This document shows positions 36,684 to 47,010 of a DNA stretch of 64,000 nt, one piece after another. The position numbers and the translations under genes were made by a program. The DNA comes from Steroidobacteraceae bacterium (lineage in GTDB: Bacteria; Pseudomonadota; Gammaproteobacteria; Steroidobacterales; Steroidobacteraceae), in the NCBI GenBank assembly GCA_041485725.1, contig JBGPKC010000001.1, forward strand, positions 12,408 to 76,407. The letters run 5' to 3'. The notes beneath the pieces are model-generated. The model saw nothing but the letters and a program-made list of their open reading frames with translations, did no database searches and was not told where the DNA came from. Positions within the stretch are counted from its first letter, which is position 1; every line of letters begins with the position of its first letter.

Positions 36684-38975
36684 ATGCCGCTCTTCATGCC
36701 GCGTTCGAGCCCATTCTGGATCGTGATCGTCGTCTCGCTTGGCGCCACGTTGCCAGCGGCCCGGGCCGAAGACCCTCCCTGCCCGACACTGCTCGGGCAG
36801 CCGGCGGCCGCGGCTGCCGCGAGCGCGGCTCCAGCCGCAGCACCCTTGGATGTGCCGCGCAAGTCGGCGGCGGACGACCGCCACATCGACGTCGCGAGCG
36901 ACCAGGCAGTACTCGGCGTCGATGGCAACGCGACGCTCAAAGGCAACGTCGTCGTCCGCCAGGGCGAGCGCGAGATCCGCGCCAACGAGGTGCAGTACGA
37001 CGCGCATAACTCCTCGGTGAGCACTGCGGGCCACATCGACTACACCGACTCCCTCGTGCATGTGACGGGTGCGGGCGGCAGCTACTCGGCGGCGGCTGGC
37101 GCGGAGTTCAAGTCGGCCCAGTTCGCTCTGCGCCAGCGCGCCGCACGCGGCGCCGCGCGCGACATGACGCTCACTCCCCAGGGCGTGATTCGCCTGCGGG
37201 GAGTCATGTTCACGACCTGCCCGGCGAACGATACCTCCTGGCAGCTGCAGGCCGACAACATCATGCTCGACACACGCAACCGGGTCGGCACCGGAAGCAA
37301 TGCGCAGATCCGCTTCATGGGCGTGCCGCTGATGTACCTGCCGTGGGTGTCGTTTCCGCTGGGCAACGAGCGCAAGAGCGGCTTTCTTTTCCCGGGCATC
37401 GGCAACACCTCGAGCGGCGGCCTGCAGCTGTCGGTTCCGTACTACTGGAACATCGCGCCGAACGCGGACTTTACCTTCCAGCCCATCGAGTACAGCAAGC
37501 GCGGTCCCGACCTGGGGGGCGATCTGCGCTTTCTGACGCAGCGCCAGCACGGCGAGCTCGACTGGAGCTATCTGCCCCACGACAGCGTCTTCGGCGGCAA
37601 CCGCAGCCGCGTGCGGCTCACCGATGTCGCCGAACTGCCGCACGACCTGCGTCTCAGCGTAAACGCGGAGAACGTCAGCGACACCAGGTACTTCGAGGAC
37701 TTCTCCCAGGGCCCGGAGGGCACCAGCACCGCCTTCGTCGAGCGGCGCGCCACGCTCTCCTACCGCGGCGAACACTGGAGCGTCGATGGCGAAGCGCAGC
37801 AGTACCAGACTATCGACTACACGCTCGCGATCACCGACCGGCCGTACGCGCGCGTGCCGCGCATTGCGGTGAGCGCCGACTATGGCCTGGGGGCGGCGGA
37901 GCTGGTGCACTACGGCATCGATTCCGAGCTCGTCGACTTCCAGCGGGCCACCGGAGTCACCGGTTGGCGGGCGGATCTCACGCCGGCGGTCTCCCTCGAT
38001 CTCACCGGCCCCGGATATTTCCTGCGCCCCGCGCTCGCCTGGCGCGCGACCCAGTACCAGCTCGCCAACCTGGCGCCCGGAGCGGCGCGCTCGCCCTCAC
38101 GCATAGTGCCGATTGCGAGCTTCGACGCCGGACTGGTGTTCGAACGCGACGCCAGGGGCGATCGCAAGCTCACGCTCGAGCCGCGCGTCCTGTACCTGGA
38201 CGTGCCGTACCGCAATCAGGATCAGCTGCCGGTGTTCGACTCTGCGCTGCCGGATCTGAATCCGGTGGAACTGTTCCGCACCAACCGTTATGTCGGCGCC
38301 GACCGCGTGAGCGATGCCAACCAGGTGAGCGCGGGCGTCACCAGCCGCCTGCTCGACGCCCACGACGGCCGGCAGTTCCTCGCCGCCACCCTCGGCCAAA
38401 CCTACTACTTCGAGACTCCGCGCGTGACTCTGCCGGGGGAACTGCCGACGACCGAGAAGCGCTCGAATTTCGTGGCGCAGCTCGCCGTCACGGCGTTCCG
38501 GCACTGGAGTGCCGACGCCGGGGTGCAATGGGATCCGCAGACCCAGAGCAGCGAACGGACGCAGGTGAACCTGCAGTACAAGTCCGCCAGTGATTCGGTG
38601 ATCAACCTGGGCTACCGCTATGAGCGCGCCGTGTTCGAGCAGGTCGAGCTGTCGGGCGCCTGGCCCATCAGCAGCCGCTGGAACGTGTTCGTGCGGGACG
38701 TCTATTCCCTGCGCGACCATGTCGGGCTGGAGCGTTTCGCCGGCTTCGAGTACCGTGCGTGCTGCTGGCGGGTGCGGCTGGGTGCGCGGCGCTACGTGAA
38801 CAGTCACGACAGCAGCCGGCCCCAGGAGACCGGAATCTGGCTGCAGCTGGAACTCGCGGGCCTTGCCAGTGTCGGATCGGCGTCGGACGCCTCCCTCACC
38901 GAGACGATCCGGGGTTACACGCCCGCCGAAGCGACTACTCCAAAGAATCAGGGCCCGCTGAAGGGCACCTGGTAA
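36684..38975 (+). CDS. lptD: LPS-assembly outer membrane protein LptD
   Basis: Signal peptide, an OstA N-terminal domain (GNVVVRQGEREIRANEVQYD) and a large beta-barrel region. It lies upstream of surA. Confidence 0.93.
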   Translation: MPLFMPRSSPFWIVIVVSLGATLPAARAEDPPCPTLLGQPAAAAAASAAPAAAPLDVPRKSAADDRHIDVASDQAVLGVDGNATLKGNVVVRQGEREIRANEVQYDAHNSSVSTAGHIDYTDSLVHVTGAGGSYSAAAGAEFKSAQFALRQRAARGAARDMTLTPQGVIRLRGVMFTTCPANDTSWQLQADNIMLDTRNRVGTGSNAQIRFMGVPLMYLPWVSFPLGNERKSGFLFPGIGNTSSGGLQLSVPYYWNIAPNADFTFQPIEYSKRGPDLGGDLRFLTQRQHGELDWSYLPHDSVFGGNRSRVRLTDVAELPHDLRLSVNAENVSDTRYFEDFSQGPEGTSTAFVERRATLSYRGEHWSVDGEAQQYQTIDYTLAITDRPYARVPRIAVSADYGLGAAELVHYGIDSELVDFQRATGVTGWRADLTPAVSLDLTGPGYFLRPALAWRATQYQLANLAPGAARSPSRIVPIASFDAGLVFERDARGDRKLTLEPRVLYLDVPYRNQDQLPVFDSALPDLNPVELFRTNRYVGADRVSDANQVSAGVTSRLLDAHDGRQFLAATLGQTYYFETPRVTLPGELPTTEKRSNFVAQLAVTAFRHWSADAGVQWDPQTQSSERTQVNLQYKSASDSVINLGYRYERAVFEQVELSGAWPISSRWNVFVRDVYSLRDHVGLERFAGFEYRACCWRVRLGARRYVNSHDSSRPQETGIWLQLELAGLASVGSASDASLTETIRGYTPAEATTPKNQGPLKGTW

Positions 38976-38990
38976 GGAACAGGAAATCAC

Positions 38991-40313
38991 ATGCAGCGGA
39001 TGTTGACTTCAGCCCTGATGCGGCTTGCGGTGGTGGCGGCGGCCCTCACCCTGCAGCAACCGGCGCACGCGCAAACCCGCGAGCTGGCCACCAAGGGTGA
39101 GCTGCTCGACCGCGTGGCGGCGATCGTGAACGATGGCGTCGTGCTCAACAGCGAGCTCGAGGCGCAGGTGGACGTCATCAGCGTGCGGCTGCGCCAGCAG
39201 AAGCTCGAGCTGCCGCCGCAGAACGTCCTGCGCCAGCAGGTGCTCGAGCGCCTGGTACTGCAGGAGATCCAGATCCAGCGCGCCAATCACGCCGGCGTCA
39301 AGGTATCTGACGAGACCGTGAACGCCGCGCTGCAGGACGTGGCGAAGCGCAACGGCCTGACGCTCTCGCAACTGCCCGACGCCCTCGCGAAGCAGGGCGA
39401 AGACTACACCTCCTATCGTGAGGACCTCCGCAAGGAGATCACGCTCTCACTGCTGCGCCAGCGGGATGTGCTGCAGCACATCAGCGTCACGCCGCGCGAG
39501 ATCGACCAGTTCCTCGAGAAGCAGGCCAAGACCCCCTCCGAGCGCAACGAGTACAACGTGTCTCACATCCTGATCGCCGTGGCCCAGGAAGCGAGCCTCG
39601 CGCAGCTCGACCAGGCGGCCAAGCGCGCCGCTGACGTTTATCAGCGCGCCAAGGGCGGCGAGGATTTCGCCAAGCTCGCGGTAGCCTACTCGACCAGCCA
39701 GACCGCCCTCGAGGGCGGCGCGCTTGGCTGGCGCAAGGGCGGCGAGCTGCCCACGTTCCTTACCGACGTAATCGCCAAACTCAAACCCGGCGAAGTAGGC
39801 GAGCCGCTGCGCACGCCGACCGGATACCACATCATCAGGCTGAATGAGGTGCGCGGCGCCAGCGGCAAGGCCGTGGAGGACCAGATCCACGTACGGCACA
39901 TCCTCATGAAGACCACCGAGCTGGCCGACGATGCGACCGTGCGCCAGAAGCTCGCGGCACTGCGCGAGCGGATTCTCAAGGGCGAGGAGTTCGCGGGGCT
40001 CGCCCAGACAACTTCCGAGGACCCGGGATCCGCGGCCGAGGGCGGTGATCTGGGTTGGGCGGGACCGGGAACGTTCGCCCCCGAGTTCGAGCAGGCGATC
40101 GCGGGACTGAAGGACAACGAGGTCAGCGAGCCGTTCCACACGCAGTTTGGCTGGCATATCGCGCAGCTGCTCGGGCGCCGCCGCTTCGACAACAGCGACG
40201 AACTCAAGCGCCGGCAGGCCATGGAAGCGATCCGCGCCGGCAAGGCGGACGAGGAGACGGAGCTGTGGCTGCGCCGCATGCGCGATGAAGCGTTCGTCGA
40301 ATTCAAGTCATGA
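38991..40313 (+). CDS. surA: periplasmic chaperone / PPIase SurA
   Basis: Signal peptide, the N-terminal domain (LDRVAAIVNDGVVLNSEL) and two parvulin domains (HILI..., GGDLGW...FGWHI). Confidence 0.93.
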   Translation: MQRMLTSALMRLAVVAAALTLQQPAHAQTRELATKGELLDRVAAIVNDGVVLNSELEAQVDVISVRLRQQKLELPPQNVLRQQVLERLVLQEIQIQRANHAGVKVSDETVNAALQDVAKRNGLTLSQLPDALAKQGEDYTSYREDLRKEITLSLLRQRDVLQHISVTPREIDQFLEKQAKTPSERNEYNVSHILIAVAQEASLAQLDQAAKRAADVYQRAKGGEDFAKLAVAYSTSQTALEGGALGWRKGGELPTFLTDVIAKLKPGEVGEPLRTPTGYHIIRLNEVRGASGKAVEDQIHVRHILMKTTELADDATVRQKLAALRERILKGEEFAGLAQTTSEDPGSAAEGGDLGWAGPGTFAPEFEQAIAGLKDNEVSEPFHTQFGWHIAQLLGRRRFDNSDELKRRQAMEAIRAGKADEETELWLRRMRDEAFVEFKS

Positions 40314-40340
40314 GGCGGGTGGGTCCCCACCCCTCTCGCC

Positions 40341-41329
<989 letters not shown>

Positions 41330-41330
<1 letters not shown>

Positions 41331-42139
41331 TGCCCGGCGCCGCGAAAGCGCCCCGAGCGCCGCGCCGCAAGCGCTTCGGCCAGCATTTCCTGCATGACCC
41401 GGCGGTGATCCTGCGCATCGTGCGCGCGCTTAGCCCCCGCGCCGGCGATCACCTGGTGGAGATCGGACCGGGACGCGGCGCGCTCACCGGCGAGCTGCTC
41501 GCAGCCGCAGGCTGCACGCTCGATGCCATCGAGATCGATCGCGATCTCGCGGCGCTGCTGCGTGAGCGCTTCAGCGATGCGCCGCGCTGCGTGCTGCACG
41601 AAGCGGACGCGCTGCAGTTCGACTTCACCGCCCTGGCGCGTGAGCGCGGCGGGCGGCTGCGCGTTGCCGCCAACCTGCCCTACAACATCTCCACGCCGCT
41701 GCTGTTCCGGCTGCTGGCGCACGCGCCGGCGATCCTCGACCTGCACGTTATGTTGCAGCGGGAGGTGGTGGCGCGCATCGCCGCCCAGCCGGGCGATGCG
41801 GACTATGGGCGCCTCGGCGTCATGCTTGCGCCCCAGGTCCGGGTCGAACGGCTGTTCGACGTGGGTCCGGGCGCCTTCCAGCCGGCCCCAAGGGTGTGGT
41901 CCGCGGTCGTGCGCCTCAGCATACGGGCCGAGCCGCTGTTTGCGGTGAGCCCGCACTACCCGGCCGTGGTGGCCGCGGCCTTCATGCACCGCCGCAAGAC
42001 CCTGCGCAACGCCCTGAGCCGGCTGCTCACCCGCGAGCAGATCACCGCCTGCGCGGTCGATCCCGGTGCCCGCCCGGAGACGCTCACGCCGCAAGCATTC
42101 AACACCCTGGCACAGGCCCTCGACCGCGCGCGTCCGTGA
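41330..42139 (+). CDS. rsmA: 16S rRNA (adenine1518/1519-N6)-dimethyltransferase
   Basis: The ATG at 41330 shares one base with the pdxA TGA. Motifs are KRFGQHFLHD, VEIGPGRGALT and NLPYNISTP. Confidence 0.93.
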
Positions 42140-42178
42140 CGTTAGTCTTCCGGCCAAGCGGTGCCTGGGGGACTCCTC

Positions 42179-42616
42179 ATGACAGTTTACCGTCGCATCC
42201 TGCTGGTCGTTGACCTGACGGAAGGCAGTATCGCGATCGGCAGCAAGGCGCAGGCGCTCGCCGCGGCGCTCGGCGCCGAAGTCGAGCTGCTGCATGTCGT
42301 GGAATTCGTGCCGGTCGAGCCCATGGGCGAGACCCTCATGCCGGCGGTGCAGATCGAAGAGGAGCTGCTCGAGCGCGCCCGGCAGCGCCTGGCGGCGCTC
42401 GCAGCCGAACTCGGCTTGAGCGGCGCTTCCTGCCGGGTCGAAAGCGGCAATGTCAAATCCGAGATCGTGCGCGTCGCGCGCGAGCGCCGTGTCGACCTCA
42501 TCATTCTCGGCAGCCGCGAGCGCCACGGGCTCTCGATTCTGGTAAATCTCACCGAGGACACCGTGCTGCACGCCGCCCCGTGCGACGTGCTCGCAATGCG
42601 CGCCGGCCGCGGTTAA
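42179..42616 (+). CDS. universal stress protein (UspA family)
   Basis: Trimmed to MTVYRRILLVVDL. Also has DLIILGSRERHG and CDVLAM. Confidence 0.8.
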   Translation: MTVYRRILLVVDLTEGSIAIGSKAQALAAALGAEVELLHVVEFVPVEPMGETLMPAVQIEEELLERARQRLAALAAELGLSGASCRVESGNVKSEIVRVARERRVDLIILGSRERHGLSILVNLTEDTVLHAAPCDVLAMRAGRG

Positions 42617-42646
42617 AGCGCCGGGCACTCCGGTAGAATCACGCCC

Positions 42647-43027
42647 ATGAGCTCCCACGACCACAAGATCCGGGTCGACGTCGAAACCAGTTACCTGGAC
42701 GAGCAGTCCGACCCGCGCGAGAGCCGTTACGTCTTTTCCTACACCATCACCATCCGCAACGAGGGCCAGGTGCCGGCGCGACTGCTGACCCGCCATTGGG
42801 TCATCACGGACGCCAACGGCAAGGTGGAGGAGGTGCGCGGCGATGGCGTGGTGGGCGAACAGCCGTACCTCAAGCCCGGCCAGGGATTCCGTTACTCCAG
42901 TGGCGCAGTGCTGGAGACCCCGGTCGGCTCCATGCAGGGCAGCTACCAGATGCTCGCCGACAACGGTGCGCACTTCGATGCGCCCATCCAGCCGTTCCGG
43001 CTCGCGATGCCCGGAATTCTGCAGTGA
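42647..43027 (+). CDS. apaG: ApaG (DUF525) protein
   Basis: Contains [37 protein letters not shown] and FRYSS. Confidence 0.93.
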   Translation: MSSHDHKIRVDVETSYLDEQSDPRESRYVFSYTITIRNEGQVPARLLTRHWVITDANGKVEEVRGDGVVGEQPYLKPGQGFRYSSGAVLETPVGSMQGSYQMLADNGAHFDAPIQPFRLAMPGILQ

Positions 43028-43863
43028 CGCGCTATGCCATCGGCGACGTACAAGGCTGTGACGAGGAACTGCGCGCTCTCCTGAGGCGGCTGAAATTCTC
43101 GCCGGATCGCGACCGGTTGTGGTTCGTCGGGGATCTGGTCAACCGCGGCCCGGACTCGCTGGCGGCGCTGCGCCGGGTGCGCGCACTCGGCGACAACGCG
43201 GCCGTGGTGCTGGGCAACCACGATCTGCATCTGCTGGCGCTCGCGCACGGCGCCCACCGCCGCCGCAAGTCCGACACCCTGGACGAGGTACTGGCGGCGC
43301 CGGACCGGGACGCGCTGCTGGAGTGGCTCGTCACGCGCCCTCTGGCGCACGCCGAGGGCAGGGATCTCATGGTGCACGCGGGGCTCGTGCCGCAATGGAC
43401 GGTCGCCCTGACGCTGAGTCTGGCGCTGGAAGTCAGCAGCGCGCTGCGCCGCGACCCGCGCGCGCTGTTTGATCAGATGTATGGCAATGAGCCGGACCGC
43501 TGGGATCAGCAGCTTGCCGGCATGGAGAGACTGCGCTTCGCCATCAACGTGCTGACACGCCTGCGCGTGTGCACCGCGGACGGACGGGTGGATTTCACCA
43601 TGAAGGGTGAACCCCCTCCGCCACCCTCGCCGCTCCGTCCCTGGTTCGCGCACGCGCAGCGCGAGAGCCGCGACGCGCGCGTCATCTTCGGCCACTGGTC
43701 GGCGCTCGGCCTGGTGCGCGACCACGGCGTCATCGGCCTCGATACCGGCTGTGTGTGGGGCGGCGCGCTCAGCGCCGTGGACCTGGATTCCGAGTCCGCG
43801 CCGGTTGGCGTGCCCTGCGCCCGCCATCAGGTCAGCGGAGACTTCAAGAGGCGGGCGAGCTGA
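43024..43863 (+). CDS. apaH: symmetrical bis(5'-nucleosyl)-tetraphosphatase
   Basis: The GTG at 43024 overlaps the apaG TGA. Motifs are [20 protein letters not shown] and LGNHDLHLL. Confidence 0.92.
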   Translation: MTRYAIGDVQGCDEELRALLRRLKFSPDRDRLWFVGDLVNRGPDSLAALRRVRALGDNAAVVLGNHDLHLLALAHGAHRRRKSDTLDEVLAAPDRDALLEWLVTRPLAHAEGRDLMVHAGLVPQWTVALTLSLALEVSSALRRDPRALFDQMYGNEPDRWDQQLAGMERLRFAINVLTRLRVCTADGRVDFTMKGEPPPPPSPLRPWFAHAQRESRDARVIFGHWSALGLVRDHGVIGLDTGCVWGGALSAVDLDSESAPVGVPCARHQVSGDFKRRAS

Positions 43864-44317
43864 TCGGACCCCAGGTGACGCTCATCTGCCGGGTCCTGGA
43901 GGTGTACATGCGCGGTGTGAGCTCCAGGTCGATCGGCTTGCCGGCCGCCGGCGTGATGGGCAGGTAGAGACGCTGATCCGCCTGTACCTCCAGGACCCCG
44001 ATCGTCCCCGGCGTGACCCTGAAGGCGAGCCGCACCGGCCAGGCAGCTCCTTCGGCCGGCTTCAGGGTGATGCTGCCCGAACCGCTGGCGGCCGTCAGGT
44101 CCAGCACCAGGGTGTTGCGCTTCCAGTACTGCGGGAAGGAGCTCGGGACGCCCGCGGCGGCGCTGATGTCGAGTTCGTGCACGGGCGCGGCGGCGGGCGC
44201 CGGCCGCTGATGCCACGGCCAGTGCATGGCGGGCAGGTGGCCGCAGCCGGCCGCCAACAGCACCAGCAGCGCAGCCGCTGCGCGCCCCGCGCTCGCTCCT
44301 CCGGGCCCTGACCGCAT
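43844..44317 (-). CDS. small lipoprotein of unknown function (157 aa)
   Basis: This is the C-terminal part of ORF 43844..44995, trimmed to MRSGPGG...LLVLLAAGC (a good lipobox). I recognise no family. The 3' end overlaps apaH by 20 nt in convergent orientation. Confidence 0.5.
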   Translation of the reverse strand: MRSGPGGASAGRAAAALLVLLAAGCGHLPAMHWPWHQRPAPAAAPVHELDISAAAGVPSSFPQYWKRNTLVLDLTAASGSGSITLKPAEGAAWPVRLAFRVTPGTIGVLEVQADQRLYLPITPAAGKPIDLELTPRMYTSRTRQMSVTWGPISSPAS

Positions 44318-44377
44318 CGCGCTCTCCTCGCTCCAGCCTTGCTGCGCGTAACATACCGCGAAAGGCACGGAGGACAC

Positions 44378-44890
44378 ATGGAATCCCTGCAGGCGTTCAA
44401 TTTCCGGCAATGGATCGATGCCAACCGCGCGCAATTGAAGCCGCCGGTGGGCAACAAGCGTGTGTTTCGCGATGGCGATTTCATCATCATGGTGGTGGGC
44501 GGCCCGAACGCCCGCAAGGACTACCACGTCGACCCGGGGCAGGAATTCTTCTACCAGCTCGAAGGCGACATGGTGCTCAAGACCATGCAGGACGGCCGCG
44601 CGGTCGATGTGCCGATCCGCGCCGGCGAAGTCCTGCTCATTCCGCCCAACATGCCGCATTCGCCACAACGGCCCGCAAACACCCTGGGCCTGGTGATCGA
44701 GCGCCGACGCCGCCCGGGCGAGCTCGATGGCTTCCAGTGGTACTGCGAGCACTGCGGTCAGCGCCTGTACGAGGAGTTCTTCCCGCTCACCGATATCGAA
44801 ACGCAGTTTCCGCCGGTATTCGAGCGCTTCTTCGCGAGCAGCGCCAAGCGCACCTGCGGACGCTGCGGCAAGCTCATGGAGCGCTCGTAG
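44378..44890 (+). CDS. nbaC: 3-hydroxyanthranilate 3,4-dioxygenase
   Basis: Trimmed to [13 protein letters not shown]. It has a cupin core ([17 protein letters not shown]...[12 protein letters not shown]) and the C-terminal rubredoxin-like pairs CEHC...CGRC. Confidence 0.88.
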   Translation: MESLQAFNFRQWIDANRAQLKPPVGNKRVFRDGDFIIMVVGGPNARKDYHVDPGQEFFYQLEGDMVLKTMQDGRAVDVPIRAGEVLLIPPNMPHSPQRPANTLGLVIERRRRPGELDGFQWYCEHCGQRLYEEFFPLTDIETQFPPVFERFFASSAKRTCGRCGKLMERS

Positions 44891-45715
44891 GTGGATGCGC
44901 GCATCGCGGTCGGTGGCCGCGAGCTCAGCATCGATGTGGCGCGCCCGGTGACTCTCGCCGTGGCGCTGGATTTCGCGGGCCCGCAGCCGCGCCATTTCGG
45001 CGCGCCGCGCGCCAGCTCGCTACCGTTCGAGACTGCGGGGTTCAAGGGCTCGGTTGAGCGCGGCGCGAGCTGCAATTGCGAGCTCATCACGCTCATCCCG
45101 CACTGCAACGGCACGCACACCGAGTGCGTCGGGCACCTCACGCGCGAGCGGCTGGATGCCTGGCGCGTGGTTCCGGCAGGATTTCTGCCGGCGCTGCTGC
45201 TGTCGGTCACTGCAGAAGCTGCGGACGCGGCGGGTGAGGGGAGCGAGCCGGCGCCGCGGGCGAGCGACCGGCTCATCACGCGCCGCGCGCTGGAGCGCGG
45301 CTGGCCGGTGAGCGCTCCGTTCGAGGCGCAGGCGCTGCTCATCCGCACCCTGCCTAACACCGCGGACAAACGGGTGCGCGACTACAGCGCAGCAACGCCC
45401 CCTTACCTGTCGCAGCAGGCGGCGCAGCTGCTCGTCAGCCGCGGCATCCTGCACCTCATCGTCGATGTGCCCTCGATCGATCGCGCGCATGACCAGGGCC
45501 GGCTCACGGCGCACCGCATTTTTTTCGGGCTGCCGCCAGGCTCGGTGCAGCTCGGCGCCGCGGCGCGGCCCGGCGCCACCATAACCGAACTGGCCTTCAT
45601 GCCGGACGAGCTGGCCGACGGCGCCTACCTCCTGGAGCTGCAGGTGCCGGCGCTCGGCGGGGATGCGGTGCCGAGCCGTCCGTTGCTGTACCGCTTGCGG
45701 GCGCCAGCGTCATGA
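44891..45715 (+). CDS. kynB: cyclase-family protein, probable kynurenine (aryl)formamidase
   Basis: The GTG start is directly after the nbaC TAG. It has an HxGTHxDxxxH-like motif (HCNGTHTECVGH) and the tail VDVPSID...LTAHRIFF. It lies between nbaC and kynU. Confidence 0.6.
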   Translation: MDARIAVGGRELSIDVARPVTLAVALDFAGPQPRHFGAPRASSLPFETAGFKGSVERGASCNCELITLIPHCNGTHTECVGHLTRERLDAWRVVPAGFLPALLLSVTAEAADAAGEGSEPAPRASDRLITRRALERGWPVSAPFEAQALLIRTLPNTADKRVRDYSAATPPYLSQQAAQLLVSRGILHLIVDVPSIDRAHDQGRLTAHRIFFGLPPGSVQLGAAARPGATITELAFMPDELADGAYLLELQVPALGGDAVPSRPLLYRLRAPAS

Positions 45716-47010
45716 GCGAGGAATCGACACTGGAGGCCGCGCGGGCCCGCGATGCGCTCGACCCGCTGCGCGGCTTTCGCGAGCGCTTCGCGCTGCCCCG
45801 CAATGCGCGCGGTGAGCCGCTCGTCTACCTGTGCGGTCATTCATTGGGGCTGTTGCCGCTCGCGGCCCGCGAGCTCGTGCTTGAAGAGCTCGATGAGTGG
45901 TCGCGGCTTGGCGTGCAGGGCCACGAGCACGCACGGCGGCCGTGGGTGCCTTATCACGAGAACCTGACCGCGGGGCTTACCGCCCTCAGCGGCGCGCACC
46001 CCACCGAAGTGGTCGCCATGAATTCGCTCACGGTGAACCTGCACCTGATGCTGGCGAGCTTCTACCGTCCCACGGGCAGGCGCACCCGCATCCTGATGGA
46101 AGCGGGCGCGTTCTCCTCCGACCGCCATGCGGTCGCCTCCCAGATCGCCTGGCGCGGCCTGGATCCCGAGGCCGCGTTGCTCGAGCTGGCGCCGCCTGCG
46201 GGCGAGGACACGGTGCCGGAGGAGGCCATCGAAGCCTGCCTCGCCCGGCACGGCGAGGAGATCGCGCTGGTGTTGTGGCCGGGAGTGCAGTTTCGCACCG
46301 GCCAGGCGTTCGACCTCGCGCGCATCGGCCGCGCCGCGCACCGGCACGGCTGCATTGCGGGCTTCGACCTGGCGCATTCCATCGGCAATACGCCCCTGGC
46401 GCTGCACGACGCCGAGGCGGACTTCGCGGTGTGGTGCAGTTACAAGTATCTGAACGGCGGCCCGGGTGCGATCGGCGGCTGCTTCGTCCACCAGCGTCAC
46501 GTGGACGCGCAGCCGCGCCTGCGCCACAGCGGCGGCCTGCCGGGCGCGCGCCTCGCCGGCTGGTGGGGCCACGAGCAGACGACGCGCTTTCTGATGGAGC
46601 CGCAGTTTCGCGCCGCCGGCGGCGTAGCCGCCTGGCAGATCAGCAACCCGCCGATCCTCGCCGCGGCACCGCTGATTGCCTCGCTGGCGATCTTCACCGA
46701 GGCGCGCATGGAACGGCTGCGCGCGAAGTCGGTCGAGCTTACGGATTTTCTCGAGCGGCTGATCCGCCCGCTCCGGGGGCAGGTGCACATCATCACGCCG
46801 CGCGACAGCGCGCGGCGCGGCTGTCAGCTGTCGCTGCGTATCAGCGGCGCAGGCACGCGCGTGTTCGCGGCTCTCGGCGCACGCGGCATGGTGTGCGACT
46901 GGCGCTCGCCTGACATCATCCGGGTGGCGCCGGTGCCGCTATACAACCGCTTTGAGGACGCCTGGCAGTTCGCCCGCGCGCTGCGCGAAGTCCTTCAGGA
47001 AACCGCTTGA
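45712..47010 (+). CDS. kynU: kynureninase
   Basis: Contains CGHSLGLLP, FDLAHSIGN and FAVWCSYKYLNGGPGAIGG (PLP-Lys region). The ATGA overlaps the upstream gene. Confidence 0.92.
   Translation: MSEESTLEAARARDALDPLRGFRERFALPRNARGEPLVYLCGHSLGLLPLAARELVLEELDEWSRLGVQGHEHARRPWVPYHENLTAGLTALSGAHPTEVVAMNSLTVNLHLMLASFYRPTGRRTRILMEAGAFSSDRHAVASQIAWRGLDPEAALLELAPPAGEDTVPEEAIEACLARHGEEIALVLWPGVQFRTGQAFDLARIGRAAHRHGCIAGFDLAHSIGNTPLALHDAEADFAVWCSYKYLNGGPGAIGGCFVHQRHVDAQPRLRHSGGLPGARLAGWWGHEQTTRFLMEPQFRAAGGVAAWQISNPPILAAAPLIASLAIFTEARMERLRAKSVELTDFLERLIRPLRGQVHIITPRDSARRGCQLSLRISGAGTRVFAALGARGMVCDWRSPDIIRVAPVPLYNRFEDAWQFARALREVLQETA

Noticed and set aside
44281-44340. Apparent 1-nt register mismatch between my hand translation of this printed line and the ORF-track proteins on both strands (one base seemingly missing at the line start, one extra at its end)
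   Set aside because: The two differences compensate, and coordinates agree again on either side. This is most likely my own reading or indexing error rather than biology. I used the ORF-track frames for coordinates here.
44318-44995. N-terminal 226 codons of the 383-aa minus-strand ORF
   Set aside because: It is antisense to the 3-hydroxyanthranilate dioxygenase gene. Only the C-terminal lipoprotein portion has a sensible signal peptide.
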